Shown here: positions 16,479 to 25,819 of the stretch, one piece after another
Position numbering within the stretch: position 1 is the stretch's first letter
Layout: every line of letters begins with the position of its first letter
From: Spirochaetia bacterium
Lineage (GTDB): Bacteria > Spirochaetota > Spirochaetia > SZUA-6 > Bin103
Reading direction: 5' to 3'
DNA: 64,000 nt
Assembly: GCA_965208575.1 (NCBI GenBank)
Contig: CBDBOV010000003.1
Span: 128,001-192,000, forward strand
Program-made: the position numbers and the translations under genes
Notes under the pieces: model-generated
Seen by the model: the letters and a program-made list of their open reading frames with translations, nothing else
Database searches by the model: none
What the model was told of the DNA's origin: nothing

Positions 16479-17855
16479 TCAGGCGCGCAGGCGGCGCTCC
16501 TGGTCGTGGAGCGCTTCTTCGCTGACCTGCTCGGGGTTGGCGATGTTGAGCAGCTCCCGATGCAGGGCCGCGCGCACGGCGGCGTGGCGCGGGTGGGCGG
16601 CCAGGTCGTGGAACTCGCCCGGGTCTTCGCTCAGGTCGAACAGCTGCGGCTGGTGGCCCACGTAGTAGTTGTACTTCCAGTCGCCGCGCTTGATCATGAA
16701 TCCGCCCTGCAGCATGCCCTGGGCGTGGTACTCGCTGAACACCACCCGGTCGTCGCCGCCGACGCCCGGCGGCAGGTGCGCGAGGCTGGTGCCCGGCAGG
16801 CCTGACGGCATGTCGATGCCGGCCAGGTCGAGCAGGGTGGGCAGCACGTCGACCAGCGACACGTTGGCGCCGATCCGCCTGCCGCCGGCAGCGCGCGGTG
16901 TCCTGAGGATCATCGGCGTGCGCACCGAGGCCTCGTAGAAGCACTGTTTCTGCCAGATGCCGTGCTGGCCGGCCATCTCGCCGTGGTCGCTGACGTACAG
17001 CACCACCGTGTCCTCGCGCAGCGGGCTGTCGTCGATCGCCGCCAGCATGCGGCCGACCAGGTCGTCGACCAGCGTGACCAGGCCGTAGTAGCTGGCCAGC
17101 GCCTGCCGCTGCACCGCCTCCGGTACGATCTCTTCGTTGCGGAAGGCGTAGCGCAGGTGGCGGATCGCCGGGTGCTGGTCCGCCAGGGTTTCGCCGCGCA
17201 GGTCGGCGGGGGTCACCGCCGCGGGGTCGTAGCGCCGGTAGTACTCCGGCGGACAGGTGAGTGGAAAGTGCGGGTACATCAGCCCGCTGTACAGCAGCCA
17301 CGGGCGTTCCGCGGGCTGCGCCGCCCTGGCCTGCAGGAAGCGCACGCTCAGGTCGGCCACGGTGGAGTCGTAGTCGTACCATGCCCCGCGACCGGGGCCG
17401 CACTCGGTGACGTGGGAGTTGCTGCCGCGCCGCGCCTGTGGGGTGCGCTTCGGCGCCGTCCGCGAGCGCCACGAGTGCATGTCGTCGAACAGCCGGGTGC
17501 CGAACCCATGCAGGCGGTCGTCGCCGGCCATGTGGGTGCGCCCGCACAGCACGGTCTCGTAGCCGGCGGCGGTGAAGTAGTGGCCGAAGGTCGGGATGTC
17601 GGCGCGCAGCGGCGAGCCGAGGTCCCACACCCCGATCCGGTGGCAGTAGTTGCCGGTGAGGAAGGCCATCCGCGACGGCACGCAGATCGGGCTGTTGCAG
17701 TAGGCGCTGTCGAACACCGTGCCGGCGGCGGCGAGCCGGTCCAGGTTGGGGGTCTGCACCAGCGGGTGGCCGGCGTTACCCATCACCGCCGGGTCATGCT
17801 CGTCGGACATGATCACGAGGATGTTGGGCGGCTTCCCGGCAGGTTCGTGCGCCAC
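16479..17855 (-). CDS. Sulfatase (choline-sulfatase-like, Cys-type)
   Basis: PNILVIMSDEH, CVPSR, SDHGEM, LFDLSEDPGE. Confidence 0.92.
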   Translation of the reverse strand: MAHEPAGKPPNILVIMSDEHDPAVMGNAGHPLVQTPNLDRLAAAGTVFDSAYCNSPICVPSRMAFLTGNYCHRIGVWDLGSPLRADIPTFGHYFTAAGYETVLCGRTHMAGDDRLHGFGTRLFDDMHSWRSRTAPKRTPQARRGSNSHVTECGPGRGAWYDYDSTVADLSVRFLQARAAQPAERPWLLYSGLMYPHFPLTCPPEYYRRYDPAAVTPADLRGETLADQHPAIRHLRYAFRNEEIVPEAVQRQALASYYGLVTLVDDLVGRMLAAIDDSPLREDTVVLYVSDHGEMAGQHGIWQKQCFYEASVRTPMILRTPRAAGGRRIGANVSLVDVLPTLLDLAGIDMPSGLPGTSLAHLPPGVGGDDRVVFSEYHAQGMLQGGFMIKRGDWKYNYYVGHQPQLFDLSEDPGEFHDLAAHPRHAAVRAALHRELLNIANPEQVSEEALHDQERRLRA

Positions 17856-18247
17856 GCTTCCCCTGAACGGCAGTCTGATCGCGTTGCAAGGGGCTGTCCA
17901 GCCGCGTTCCGGCGCCATCGGTCGGGGGTGGTCGGGGCCTATTGCCTCACGTAAAAATCTAACCTTACGGTGAGCGTGCCTCACGTAAGAATCTAACCGA
18001 AAGGGAGGCGGAGAACGAGGGGGGAGCGCGAGGGGGGAGACTCATAAATTGTGGATAAGTGGATAGGCTGCTGGGCGACCGGCCGGGTTGATTCAAGCAC
18101 ACCAACGCGACCGGGGGCGTATCTGGTTGGTCGGCGCGGATGAGGAGGCGTCAACGGCAGGGAGGTGGTCGGTGCCGTGTCGTGTCGCTGACCGAAGAGG
18201 GGGCGGACGGGTCTGGAGGCGACTTCGGTGCTGGTGACACGGGGATG

Positions 18248-18299
18248 TCCAGACACCACCTCGTGTCGCGGAGAGGCCTTACAGCGCGGCTGAGGCGAC
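18248..18299. repeat. 52-bp conserved hairpin motif, copy 1
   Basis: 50/52 identical to 20220-20271. Confidence 0.9.
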
Positions 18300-18644
18300 A
18301 TTTCTTGACGCCGACCGTCTGGCTCACGGATATACGGGCGTCAGAGACGCTCAGAAGTCATTTGCCGAGCCGGGTGATGCCGCCCACGCCGCGATCGGCG
18401 CGCAGGTTGCTGCGGAGCGCACGGAGCGAGGCGCCCCGGACAACTGCACCGAGGTGCGTTGCCCGGGGCAGGGTCATGACAATTCCCCACCGCCGGGACG
18501 GGGTAGGCGACGAGGTTGCGACACCGGAGCCGTCGGGATCGAACGGGGCGGAGGAGATGCTGTACCCCGCTGACGGACGGAGGGCGTAGCCCGACCGGAG
18601 TCAGCCGGCGCGGTGCCGTGGAGGCCACCGTGGACGACGCCGAG

Positions 18645-20165
18645 ATGGCGGACCAGGCAGCCAAGCTGCTCGCTTCCGGGATGAGCGGCTCAGCCTGCGC
18701 TCGCGAACTCGGCATCCCGGTGAGCACCTTCAACGAGAACCGCCGCGCCGGCGTCATCACAGATCCCACCCGGGAGCCCGCCGCCAGCGCCGAGGTTGCG
18801 CCGGCGGCCACCACCACTGATCACCCGGTCAGCACCGCCGCCGCGGTCAGCGACCCGGCGGTCGCCACTGAGCGCGCCAGCCGCGACGCCCGCGACAAGC
18901 ACGCGCCCATGGGCCGCGCGGCGCGCGACGTGGAACGCCGCACGCTCGCCAGAGCCGGCCTGCTGACCGAGGCCACACCAGCGTTCGTCGAGCCCGCCCA
19001 CGCGGTCGCTGGCGGCGGCGTGCTGGCCGCACTGGCGATGCTGCTGCGCGAGGGCCTGCTCACCGCCGCCAACCGCCTGTTCCGCCTGCCGGCCGGATTC
19101 TACGGCCTGACCACCATCCTCCTGTTCGTCGCCTGCATGACCCTGGCCCGGGTGCGCAACCCCGAGAGCCTGCGCTACCAGGCACCCGGCGAGTGGGGCG
19201 CCATCCTCGGCCTCGACCGCTGTCCGGAGACCAAGACGCTGCGCCGCAAGATCAGGCTGCTGGCCAGCGCCGAGCACACCGTGCGCGATTGGCAATCGGT
19301 ACTGGCGCGTACCTGGGCCAGCGAGCACGACGACGACTGGACGACGCTGGCCGTGGATGGCCACGTGAAGGTGTACACCGGGCGCAACGGGCGGTTGCCG
19401 AAACACTTCGTCGCACGCCAGAAGCTGTGTCTGCCGGCGTCGGTGAGCTACTGGATCAACGCCCTCGGCGGCGCACCGCTGCTGTGCCTGCACAAGGCGC
19501 TGGACCCGAAGCCGGTGAATGCGATCAAGCACGACGTGGTGCCGCAGTTGCAGCACCTGGGGGTGGTGACCGAAGCGGCCCCCGACCTGACCGGAGCACC
19601 GGCCGGTACCCCGCAGCTGACCCTGGTGTTCGACCGCGAGGGCTGGAGCCCGGACCTGTTCAAGCGCCTGGCCCGGCGTGGCATCGCCTGCATCACCTGG
19701 CACAAGAACTTCAACGGCGCGGACTGGCTGCCGGAAGACTTCCACACCTTCGAGGTACCGATCCATGGTCCCGCCGGCACCAGCACGACTGCGGTTGATC
19801 TGGCCGAGCAGCCGATCATGCTGCGCAACGGGCTGGTGGTGCGCCAGATCCGGCGGCGTCTGGCCAACGGTCGTCAGGTGGCGGTGATCACCACGCACCC
19901 GCAGATGCCGTTGGCGCAGGTCGCCGGCGCCATGTTCTCGCGCTGGTCGCAGGAGAACTTCTTCAAGTACCTGCGCGAGCAGTTCAACCTTGACGCGCTG
20001 CCGAGCCATGACCTTGCGCCGCCGGAGCCCGACGCACGGGTCGTGAACCGGTGCGCCGGGCCCTGGAAAAGAGCATCAGGCGGGTACGCAGCCGGCTGGC
20101 AGCGGTCCGCAATCGCCTCGCCGAGGCACTGCAGGGACGGCACCGGGACTCCGCCACCCGGCTTA
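18645..20165 (+). pseudogene. Putative DDE transposase, frameshifted and 3'-truncated
   Basis: GLDRCPETKTLRRK, AVDGHVKVY, VFDREG, SRWSQENFFK; frame change near 20048 into RRALEKSIRRVRSRL, then breaks off. Confidence 0.8.
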
Positions 20166-20219
20166 CGGTCGCGGATAAAGTTGCACTGAATTGCATGGTT
20201 ATGCATAGACACGGGGGTA

Positions 20220-20271
20220 TCCAGACACCACCTCGTGTCGTGGAGGGGCCTTACAGCGCGGCTGAGGCGAC
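20220..20271. repeat. 52-bp conserved hairpin motif, copy 2
   Basis: Direct repeat of 18248-18299, about 60 bp past the rve transposase stop. Confidence 0.9.
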
Positions 20272-20331
20272 GTTTTCTCATCGCTGACCGCCCATTCTCC
20301 GATTATCGACCGTCAGACCCGCCTGAGAGGG

Positions 20332-21606
20332 TCATTTTGCCGTGCGACCGCTGCCACCACGCTCCTCGCTCGGTGTTTGCACCGTGCTTGGTGCGGCCTT
20401 GGCGGTCTTGCTGACGTTCAGCTGCAGCAGATCCTCGGTCAACCTGGTCAGCTCGCGCTTGAGGGCGACCGGATTCAACGTCGCGTACTGCTGCTTGAGG
20501 CGGTTCTTCACCTTCTCGCTCACCGACTCGGAGGCCAGCATGCGGTGATACGGCGTCTGCGGGTCGTCATAGATGCGGCGCACCTTGCTGCCGGTGCGGG
20601 TTTTCTTCACCAGCTTCACCGAGGGATAGAAGAAGTTCACCAGCAGGCACAGCGGGCGGTATATCGCGTTGAGGGCAGCCAGTTCCCGGTCGGTGTCGTA
20701 ACGCAGGTGGCCGACCGCCCGTCGCACCACGTGGCCATTCTTCTGCTCGACGTAGCAGGTGTCGTTCTTGCGATGCGGGCGACCCCGAGTGAACGTGATG
20801 CCGTGCGCTTCGCAATAGCGCAGCAAATGATGATTGATGAACTCGCTGCCGTTGTCGGTGTCGATCCCCCGCATCACGATCGGCAGGCTCTGCCGGGCAG
20901 CGTCGATCGCCTCGTGGGTCCAGCGCTGCGCCTTGTTCTGCACGCCGTACAGGTCGACCCAGCCGGTGTCAACGTCGGTGATGGTGAGCGTGTGGCAGAA
21001 GTCGCCTGACGCGTTGCCGCCTTCATGGCCCACCAAGTCGATCTCGAAGAAGCCCGGCTCCTGCTCGTCCCAGTCAGCGAAGGTTCGGATCGCGATCTGA
21101 TCCTTCAGGAGGGTGCCCGGCTTGGTGTGCGTGCGACCCTTCAGGCGCAGCCGTGCGCGCTCCTGCTGCAGCAGCCGGTCGATGGTCGCGGCGCTGATGG
21201 TCTGCAGCTTGCCGCGCACCGCTGCGGTCAGCTCGATCTCGCCGAACGACTCCAGCGTCGGCAGCATGGTGCGCAGCACGACCACCAGGCGCTTGCCGCA
21301 CATGCAGTCGAACACGTACCAGATCAGCTTCAGAGCGACCAGCACCTCCTGGTCGTAGCGCCGCGGTCGCACGCGGCGCTGGGCAGGCCGCGGACGCCCG
21401 ACCACCAGCTTCACCAGTGTGCCGTCGACTCGCACCATGCGGGTCCGTCCCCACCAGGTCAACAGATGGATCGCGTACTTGCGCTGGTACCCGGTCGACT
21501 CGACGAACTCGTCGAGTATGCGCCCCTTCTCCTTCTTGCCCGCCCGACGATACCGCTGCGCGTGCTGCTCGGTGAGCTCTCGCCTTGAACTCATCTTCAA
21601 CCCCAT
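20332..21606 (-). CDS. rve-type DDE integrase/transposase (usually annotated ISNCY-like)
   Basis: KGRILDEF, CGKRL, ISAATIDRLL, PGFFEIDLV, DTDNGSEFIN, YVEQKN. Confidence 0.9.
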   Translation of the reverse strand: MGLKMSSRRELTEQHAQRYRRAGKKEKGRILDEFVESTGYQRKYAIHLLTWWGRTRMVRVDGTLVKLVVGRPRPAQRRVRPRRYDQEVLVALKLIWYVFDCMCGKRLVVVLRTMLPTLESFGEIELTAAVRGKLQTISAATIDRLLQQERARLRLKGRTHTKPGTLLKDQIAIRTFADWDEQEPGFFEIDLVGHEGGNASGDFCHTLTITDVDTGWVDLYGVQNKAQRWTHEAIDAARQSLPIVMRGIDTDNGSEFINHHLLRYCEAHGITFTRGRPHRKNDTCYVEQKNGHVVRRAVGHLRYDTDRELAALNAIYRPLCLLVNFFYPSVKLVKKTRTGSKVRRIYDDPQTPYHRMLASESVSEKVKNRLKQQYATLNPVALKRELTRLTEDLLQLNVSKTAKAAPSTVQTPSEERGGSGRTAK

Positions 21607-21854
21607 CTCCTCCGGAACCTCCTCACGTCCCTCGGAGAGGCTCCAACCGGACCCGGAAGGTCCAGCCCGTTCGGTTAGATTTTTAGATGAGGCATGCTTT
21701 CGCTACGGTTAGATTTTCGATGAGTCAATGCGCGGGGTGGACGATTGCTGCCGCCGGTGGGTACTTTTGGGCCAGTTATCTGCTGACTGCGCCACACTCG
21801 CCGGAACCGCCGCTTGCGGTTACCGACTGCTCTCCACAAACAAGGAAACCTTTT

Positions 21855-23129
21855 TTGTCATCTCTCAGTTTCTCCTCTCTCGGCTTGACCGAGACCATTC
21901 TGCGTGCTCTGCAGGCCAGAGGCTACGCCGCTCCGACCCCGATTCAGCAGCAGGCCATCCCGCATCTGCTTGCCGGCAAGGACCTGCTCGGCATCGCGCA
22001 GACCGGAACCGGCAAGACCGCCGCGTTCGCACTGCCCGTCCTGCAGCAGCTTGCCGACGCCCCGGAACGGGCGCGGCCGCGCACTCCGCGCGCATTGGTG
22101 CTGGCCCCGACTCGCGAGCTCGCCATTCAGATCCATGACGATTTTCGCGACTACGGCGCCGGGCTGGGGCTGGGCCAGACGGTCATCCTGGGCGGCGTCT
22201 CGCAGAGTCCCCAGGTCGCCGCGCTGTCACGCCGCATCGACATCGTCGTGGCAACGCCGGGCCGGCTTCTGGATCTCCTGCAGCAGGGCCACGTCCATCT
22301 CGGCCGCATCACCCACTTCATTCTCGACGAGGCGGACCGCATGCTCGACATGGGGTTCATTCCCGACGTGAGGAAGATCATCGGCCGGCTTCCGGTGCGC
22401 CGCCAGTCGCTGCTGTTTTCGGCCACCATGCCGTCCGAGGTTGCCAGTCTGGCGGGTGAGATTCTGCATCGACCGACGCGCGTGGAGGTGGCCCCCGCCG
22501 CCACCACCGTCGATACGGTGCGGCAGCTTGTGTACTTCGTGACCAGCACGGACAAGCACTACCTGCTGCAGGAACTGCTGGACGATGAGGCGCTGTCGCG
22601 GGTGCTGGTGTTCGCGCGCACCAAGCACCGTGCGAACCGGGTTGCCCAGAAGATCTCGGCGACCGGTATCACCGCGGATGCCATCCACGGCAACAAGTCG
22701 CAGAATGCCCGCCAGGCGGCCCTGGAACGGTTTCGCGTCGGACACACCCGGGTGCTGGTGGCAACCGACATCGCGGCTCGCGGTCTCGACATCGACGGCA
22801 TCAGCCACGTCATCAACTTCGACGTTCCGCACGAGCCGGAGAGTTACGTGCATCGCATCGGACGTACGGCCCGCGCCGGTGCGTCCGGATGTGCGCTCTC
22901 GTTCTGCGACCCCGGCGAGGTGCCGCAACTGCGCGCCATCGAGAGGCTCGCCCGCGTCACGCTGCAGACGGTCCGCGACCAGCCGTTCCACGCCGCACCG
23001 CCGGCGCCGCAACGGCGGCATCGGACGCAGCCGGCGGGTACCCACCGCGCCGCCGAGGTCCGCGGCCTCGGCGGCGGCCGGCCCAACGGCGGCCGCCGCC
23101 GTCAGCGCCGCCGCGTGACCGCATCGTAA
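21855..23129 (+). CDS. rhlE: DEAD-box RNA helicase (RhlE-like)
   Basis: PTPIQ, AQTGTGKT, PTRELA, DEAD, SAT, HRIGRTARAG; TTG start after AAGGA. Confidence 0.93.
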   Translation: MSSLSFSSLGLTETILRALQARGYAAPTPIQQQAIPHLLAGKDLLGIAQTGTGKTAAFALPVLQQLADAPERARPRTPRALVLAPTRELAIQIHDDFRDYGAGLGLGQTVILGGVSQSPQVAALSRRIDIVVATPGRLLDLLQQGHVHLGRITHFILDEADRMLDMGFIPDVRKIIGRLPVRRQSLLFSATMPSEVASLAGEILHRPTRVEVAPAATTVDTVRQLVYFVTSTDKHYLLQELLDDEALSRVLVFARTKHRANRVAQKISATGITADAIHGNKSQNARQAALERFRVGHTRVLVATDIAARGLDIDGISHVINFDVPHEPESYVHRIGRTARAGASGCALSFCDPGEVPQLRAIERLARVTLQTVRDQPFHAAPPAPQRRHRTQPAGTHRAAEVRGLGGGRPNGGRRRQRRRVTAS

Positions 23130-23146
23130 AACCTCACAACACGGCT

Positions 23147-23905
23147 TCAGACGCAGCGGCCGCCGTCCACGTCCAGGCAGCAGCCGGTCAGGAGTTCGGC
23201 TTCGTCTGAGGCCAGGAACAGGCACGCCCGGGCTACGTCGAGCGGCGTGCTCATGCGGCCGAGCGGAATGGTTTCGATCACCTTGCGGCGCGCTTCCGGT
23301 GTGTCTTCGCCGGGGAGGAACGCCGGCAGCAGGGCGGTGGCGCTGATCACCGGATTGACCGCCACCACGCGGATGCGCTCCGGCGCCAGCTCCAGCGCCA
23401 TCGCCTTGGTCATGGTGATCACCGCACCCTTGGTGGCGCTGTACCACACGATGCCGGGGCGGGGCCGCACGCCGGCGGTGGAGGCGATGTTCACCATCAC
23501 GCCGCCGCCCTGACGGCGGAACACCGGCACCGCGTGGCGGGCACTGAGGTAGATGCTCTTCACGTTGACGTCGAACACGCGCTGAAACTCCGCCTCGTCC
23601 ACCTCCAGCATGGGCCGGTTGCGGTGCGTGGTGCCGGCGTTGTTGACCACGATGTCGAGCTGCCCGTAGCGTTCCAGTGCGCCGGCCACCATCGCGGCCA
23701 CGTCGCCGCTACGGCTCACGTCGCCGGTCATGGCCAGCGCCGCGCCGCCGGCCGCCGTAATCTCCGCCGCCACCCGCCCGGCCGCATCGCCGTCGATGTC
23801 CGCCGCCGCGACCCGCGCCCCCTGCGCCGCGAACAACGTGGCGATCCCCTCGCCGAATCCTCTGCCAGCCCCGGTCACCAGGGCCACCTTGTCCTTCAAT
23901 CTCAA
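23147..23905 (-). CDS. Short-chain dehydrogenase/reductase
   Basis: TGAGRGFG, NNAG, YSATK. Confidence 0.93.
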   Translation of the reverse strand: MRLKDKVALVTGAGRGFGEGIATLFAAQGARVAAADIDGDAAGRVAAEITAAGGAALAMTGDVSRSGDVAAMVAGALERYGQLDIVVNNAGTTHRNRPMLEVDEAEFQRVFDVNVKSIYLSARHAVPVFRRQGGGVMVNIASTAGVRPRPGIVWYSATKGAVITMTKAMALELAPERIRVVAVNPVISATALLPAFLPGEDTPEARRKVIETIPLGRMSTPLDVARACLFLASDEAELLTGCCLDVDGGRCV

Positions 23906-23930
23906 CGTCTTCCTCCGCCACCGGTTGCCA

Positions 23931-24854
23931 TCAACGGTCGCCGGCGCCGATCGAGGCTAGGCCCTTGCGGAAGTAGGCGCCGACCGTGAAGTAGAGAATG
24001 ATCACCGGCAGCATGTAGATCAGGCACATGGTGGCCAGCTTCGGGAAGTCCACGTTCTCGTCCAGGCCGAATGCCGTGAACAGGCCGACCGATACCGGGT
24101 ACTTGTCGGTGCTGCTGAGCAGCACCAGGGGCATGATGAAACCGCCCCAGGCGGCATCGAACGACAGCACCCCGACGGCGCCGATGCCGGGCACGATCAG
24201 CGGCAGAACCACGGTGCCGAGTATCTTCATTCGCGACGCGCCGTCGAGTTGGGCGGCTTCCTCCAACTCGACCGGAACCGCGTCGATCGCCCCCTTCATG
24301 ATCCACAGGTTGAACGGCGTGGTGATGCCGACGTACACCAGGACCAGGCCCAGGTGGGTATCCAGCAGGCCCAGCCACAGCATCATTCCGAACACCGGCA
24401 CGATGATCAGCGTGGAGGGAATGACCCGCGTCAGGATGATGCCGTACATCAGCGTCGCCTTGCCGCGGAAGGTGCCGCGCGACAGGGCGTAGCCGCCGGT
24501 GACGCTCGCCGCCAGTGCCAGCAGGGTGGTGGAGCTGGCGATGATGAAGCTGTTGCGCGTCCAGCGCAGGGTCTGGCCGGTGAACGCCTCGATGATGTTG
24601 TCGAGCGTCGGTTGCCTTGGCAGGCGGAGCTGCAGGTTGGCCTGCGTCGACAGCGCCGTGAAGATCAGCCACAGGTAGGGCGCGAACACGTAGAACAGCA
24701 GGGCGGCGAACGCCAGGTAGACGGCGCCATGCAGCAGCACCGGCTTTGCCCCACTAGCGCCCCGGAACCGCCGCCTGCGGCGCCGCTCCCGGCCCAGCCG
24801 GCCTACCATGGAACCCTGCCGAGAGTCCGGCAGGCTTCTATGTCTCAATGACAC
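23931..24854 (-). CDS. Carbohydrate ABC permease
   Basis: ELEEAAQLDGAS (EAA loop); start uncertain. Confidence 0.9.
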   Translation of the reverse strand: MSLRHRSLPDSRQGSMVGRLGRERRRRRRFRGASGAKPVLLHGAVYLAFAALLFYVFAPYLWLIFTALSTQANLQLRLPRQPTLDNIIEAFTGQTLRWTRNSFIIASSTTLLALAASVTGGYALSRGTFRGKATLMYGIILTRVIPSTLIIVPVFGMMLWLGLLDTHLGLVLVYVGITTPFNLWIMKGAIDAVPVELEEAAQLDGASRMKILGTVVLPLIVPGIGAVGVLSFDAAWGGFIMPLVLLSSTDKYPVSVGLFTAFGLDENVDFPKLATMCLIYMLPVIILYFTVGAYFRKGLASIGAGDR

Positions 24855-25716
24855 GGTTCAACCTTATGTAGAACAGTCCCAGCCCCACGGTGAGCAGCAG
24901 GATCACGGTACTCGCCGCGCCGGCATAGCCGAGCGCCATGTGGCCGAACGCCTCGTTGTACAGGTAGATCGCGAATACCTCGGTACGCCCCAGCGGCCCG
25001 CCGCCGGTCAGGCCGTACACCATGTCGAACGCCAGCAGGGTGCCGAAGGTGCTCATCAGCACGGTCAACAGCAGGCTGTAGCGAATCATCGGGATCTTGA
25101 TGTACAGGAACGTCTGCCAGGCCGAGGCTCCGTCGATCCTGGAGGCGTCGTAGACGGTGGACGGGATACTCTCCAGGCCCGCCGACAGCAGGATGAACGC
25201 CACCGCCATGCCGCGCGACCAGTTGGCCATGAGAATCGAGATCAACGGGTAGTTGCGCAGCCAGTCGATGCGCACCAGCCCGATGAGCTGCAGCAGGTCG
25301 TTGAGCGACCCGTAGTCGACGTTCAGCACGCTGCGCCACATGTAGCCCACCACCAGGCCCGGAGTCAGCCACGGGATCAGCATGCTCACCGAAATCACCT
25401 TGGTGAAGCGGATGCGCGGAACCCGGATCAGGTTGGCGTACAGCAGCCCAAGTGCGACGTGGCCAATCACGGCCAGCAGCACGAAGGAGAGCGTGACCGC
25501 GGTGCTGTTGTAGAAGTCGCGGTCCTGCATCAGCCGCGCGAAGTTGCGCAGTCCGACGAAGCTGGTCCCGCGGGTCGGGTCGCTCCACAGGTTGAAATCC
25601 GTGAACCCGAGCGCGACGGTCCACAAGAACGGCGCGACGAACACCGCCATGATCATGGCCAGCCCCGGCACCAGGAACAGGAACGGTTGTCGCCGCAGTC
25701 GTTGCGTCACCGGCAT
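24838..25716 (-). CDS. Carbohydrate ABC permease
   Basis: FVGLRNF, YDASRIDGAS, LTGGGP. Confidence 0.9.
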   Translation of the reverse strand: MPVTQRLRRQPFLFLVPGLAMIMAVFVAPFLWTVALGFTDFNLWSDPTRGTSFVGLRNFARLMQDRDFYNSTAVTLSFVLLAVIGHVALGLLYANLIRVPRIRFTKVISVSMLIPWLTPGLVVGYMWRSVLNVDYGSLNDLLQLIGLVRIDWLRNYPLISILMANWSRGMAVAFILLSAGLESIPSTVYDASRIDGASAWQTFLYIKIPMIRYSLLLTVLMSTFGTLLAFDMVYGLTGGGPLGRTEVFAIYLYNEAFGHMALGYAGAASTVILLLTVGLGLFYIRLNRVIET

Positions 25717-25819
25717 GGAGTCTTGGACGCGGCAACCGCCACCGTACGCGGACGGTGCGGGGCGTGCCGTCAGGCCACTCCCGCACCGTCTCGGAACGAG
25801 TGCCGGCGCTGCCGCCCCG

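Larger units (their letters stand above)
17943..21727. mobile_element. Composite IS/transposon bounded by doubled ~22-bp inverted terminal repeats
   Basis: Left TGCCTCACGTAA(A/G)AATCTAACC at 17943 and 17977; right inverted copies at 21673-21694 and 21707-21727; TG...CA ends; contains an rve transposase. Confidence 0.8.

Noticed and set aside
18050-18066. Replication origin
   Set aside because: Only one perfect and one weak DnaA box, inside a mobile element, with no dnaA or DUE context.
18477-18615. Left end of a further IS3-like element
   Set aside because: Only a vague resemblance (TGACAA..., GGGCGTAGCCCGACCGGAG); no matching right end or ORF to support it.
20167-20200. dif/Xer site next to the IS
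   Set aside because: GTCGCGGATAA resembles a XerC arm, but no TTATGTTAAAT-like XerD arm follows at 6 bp.
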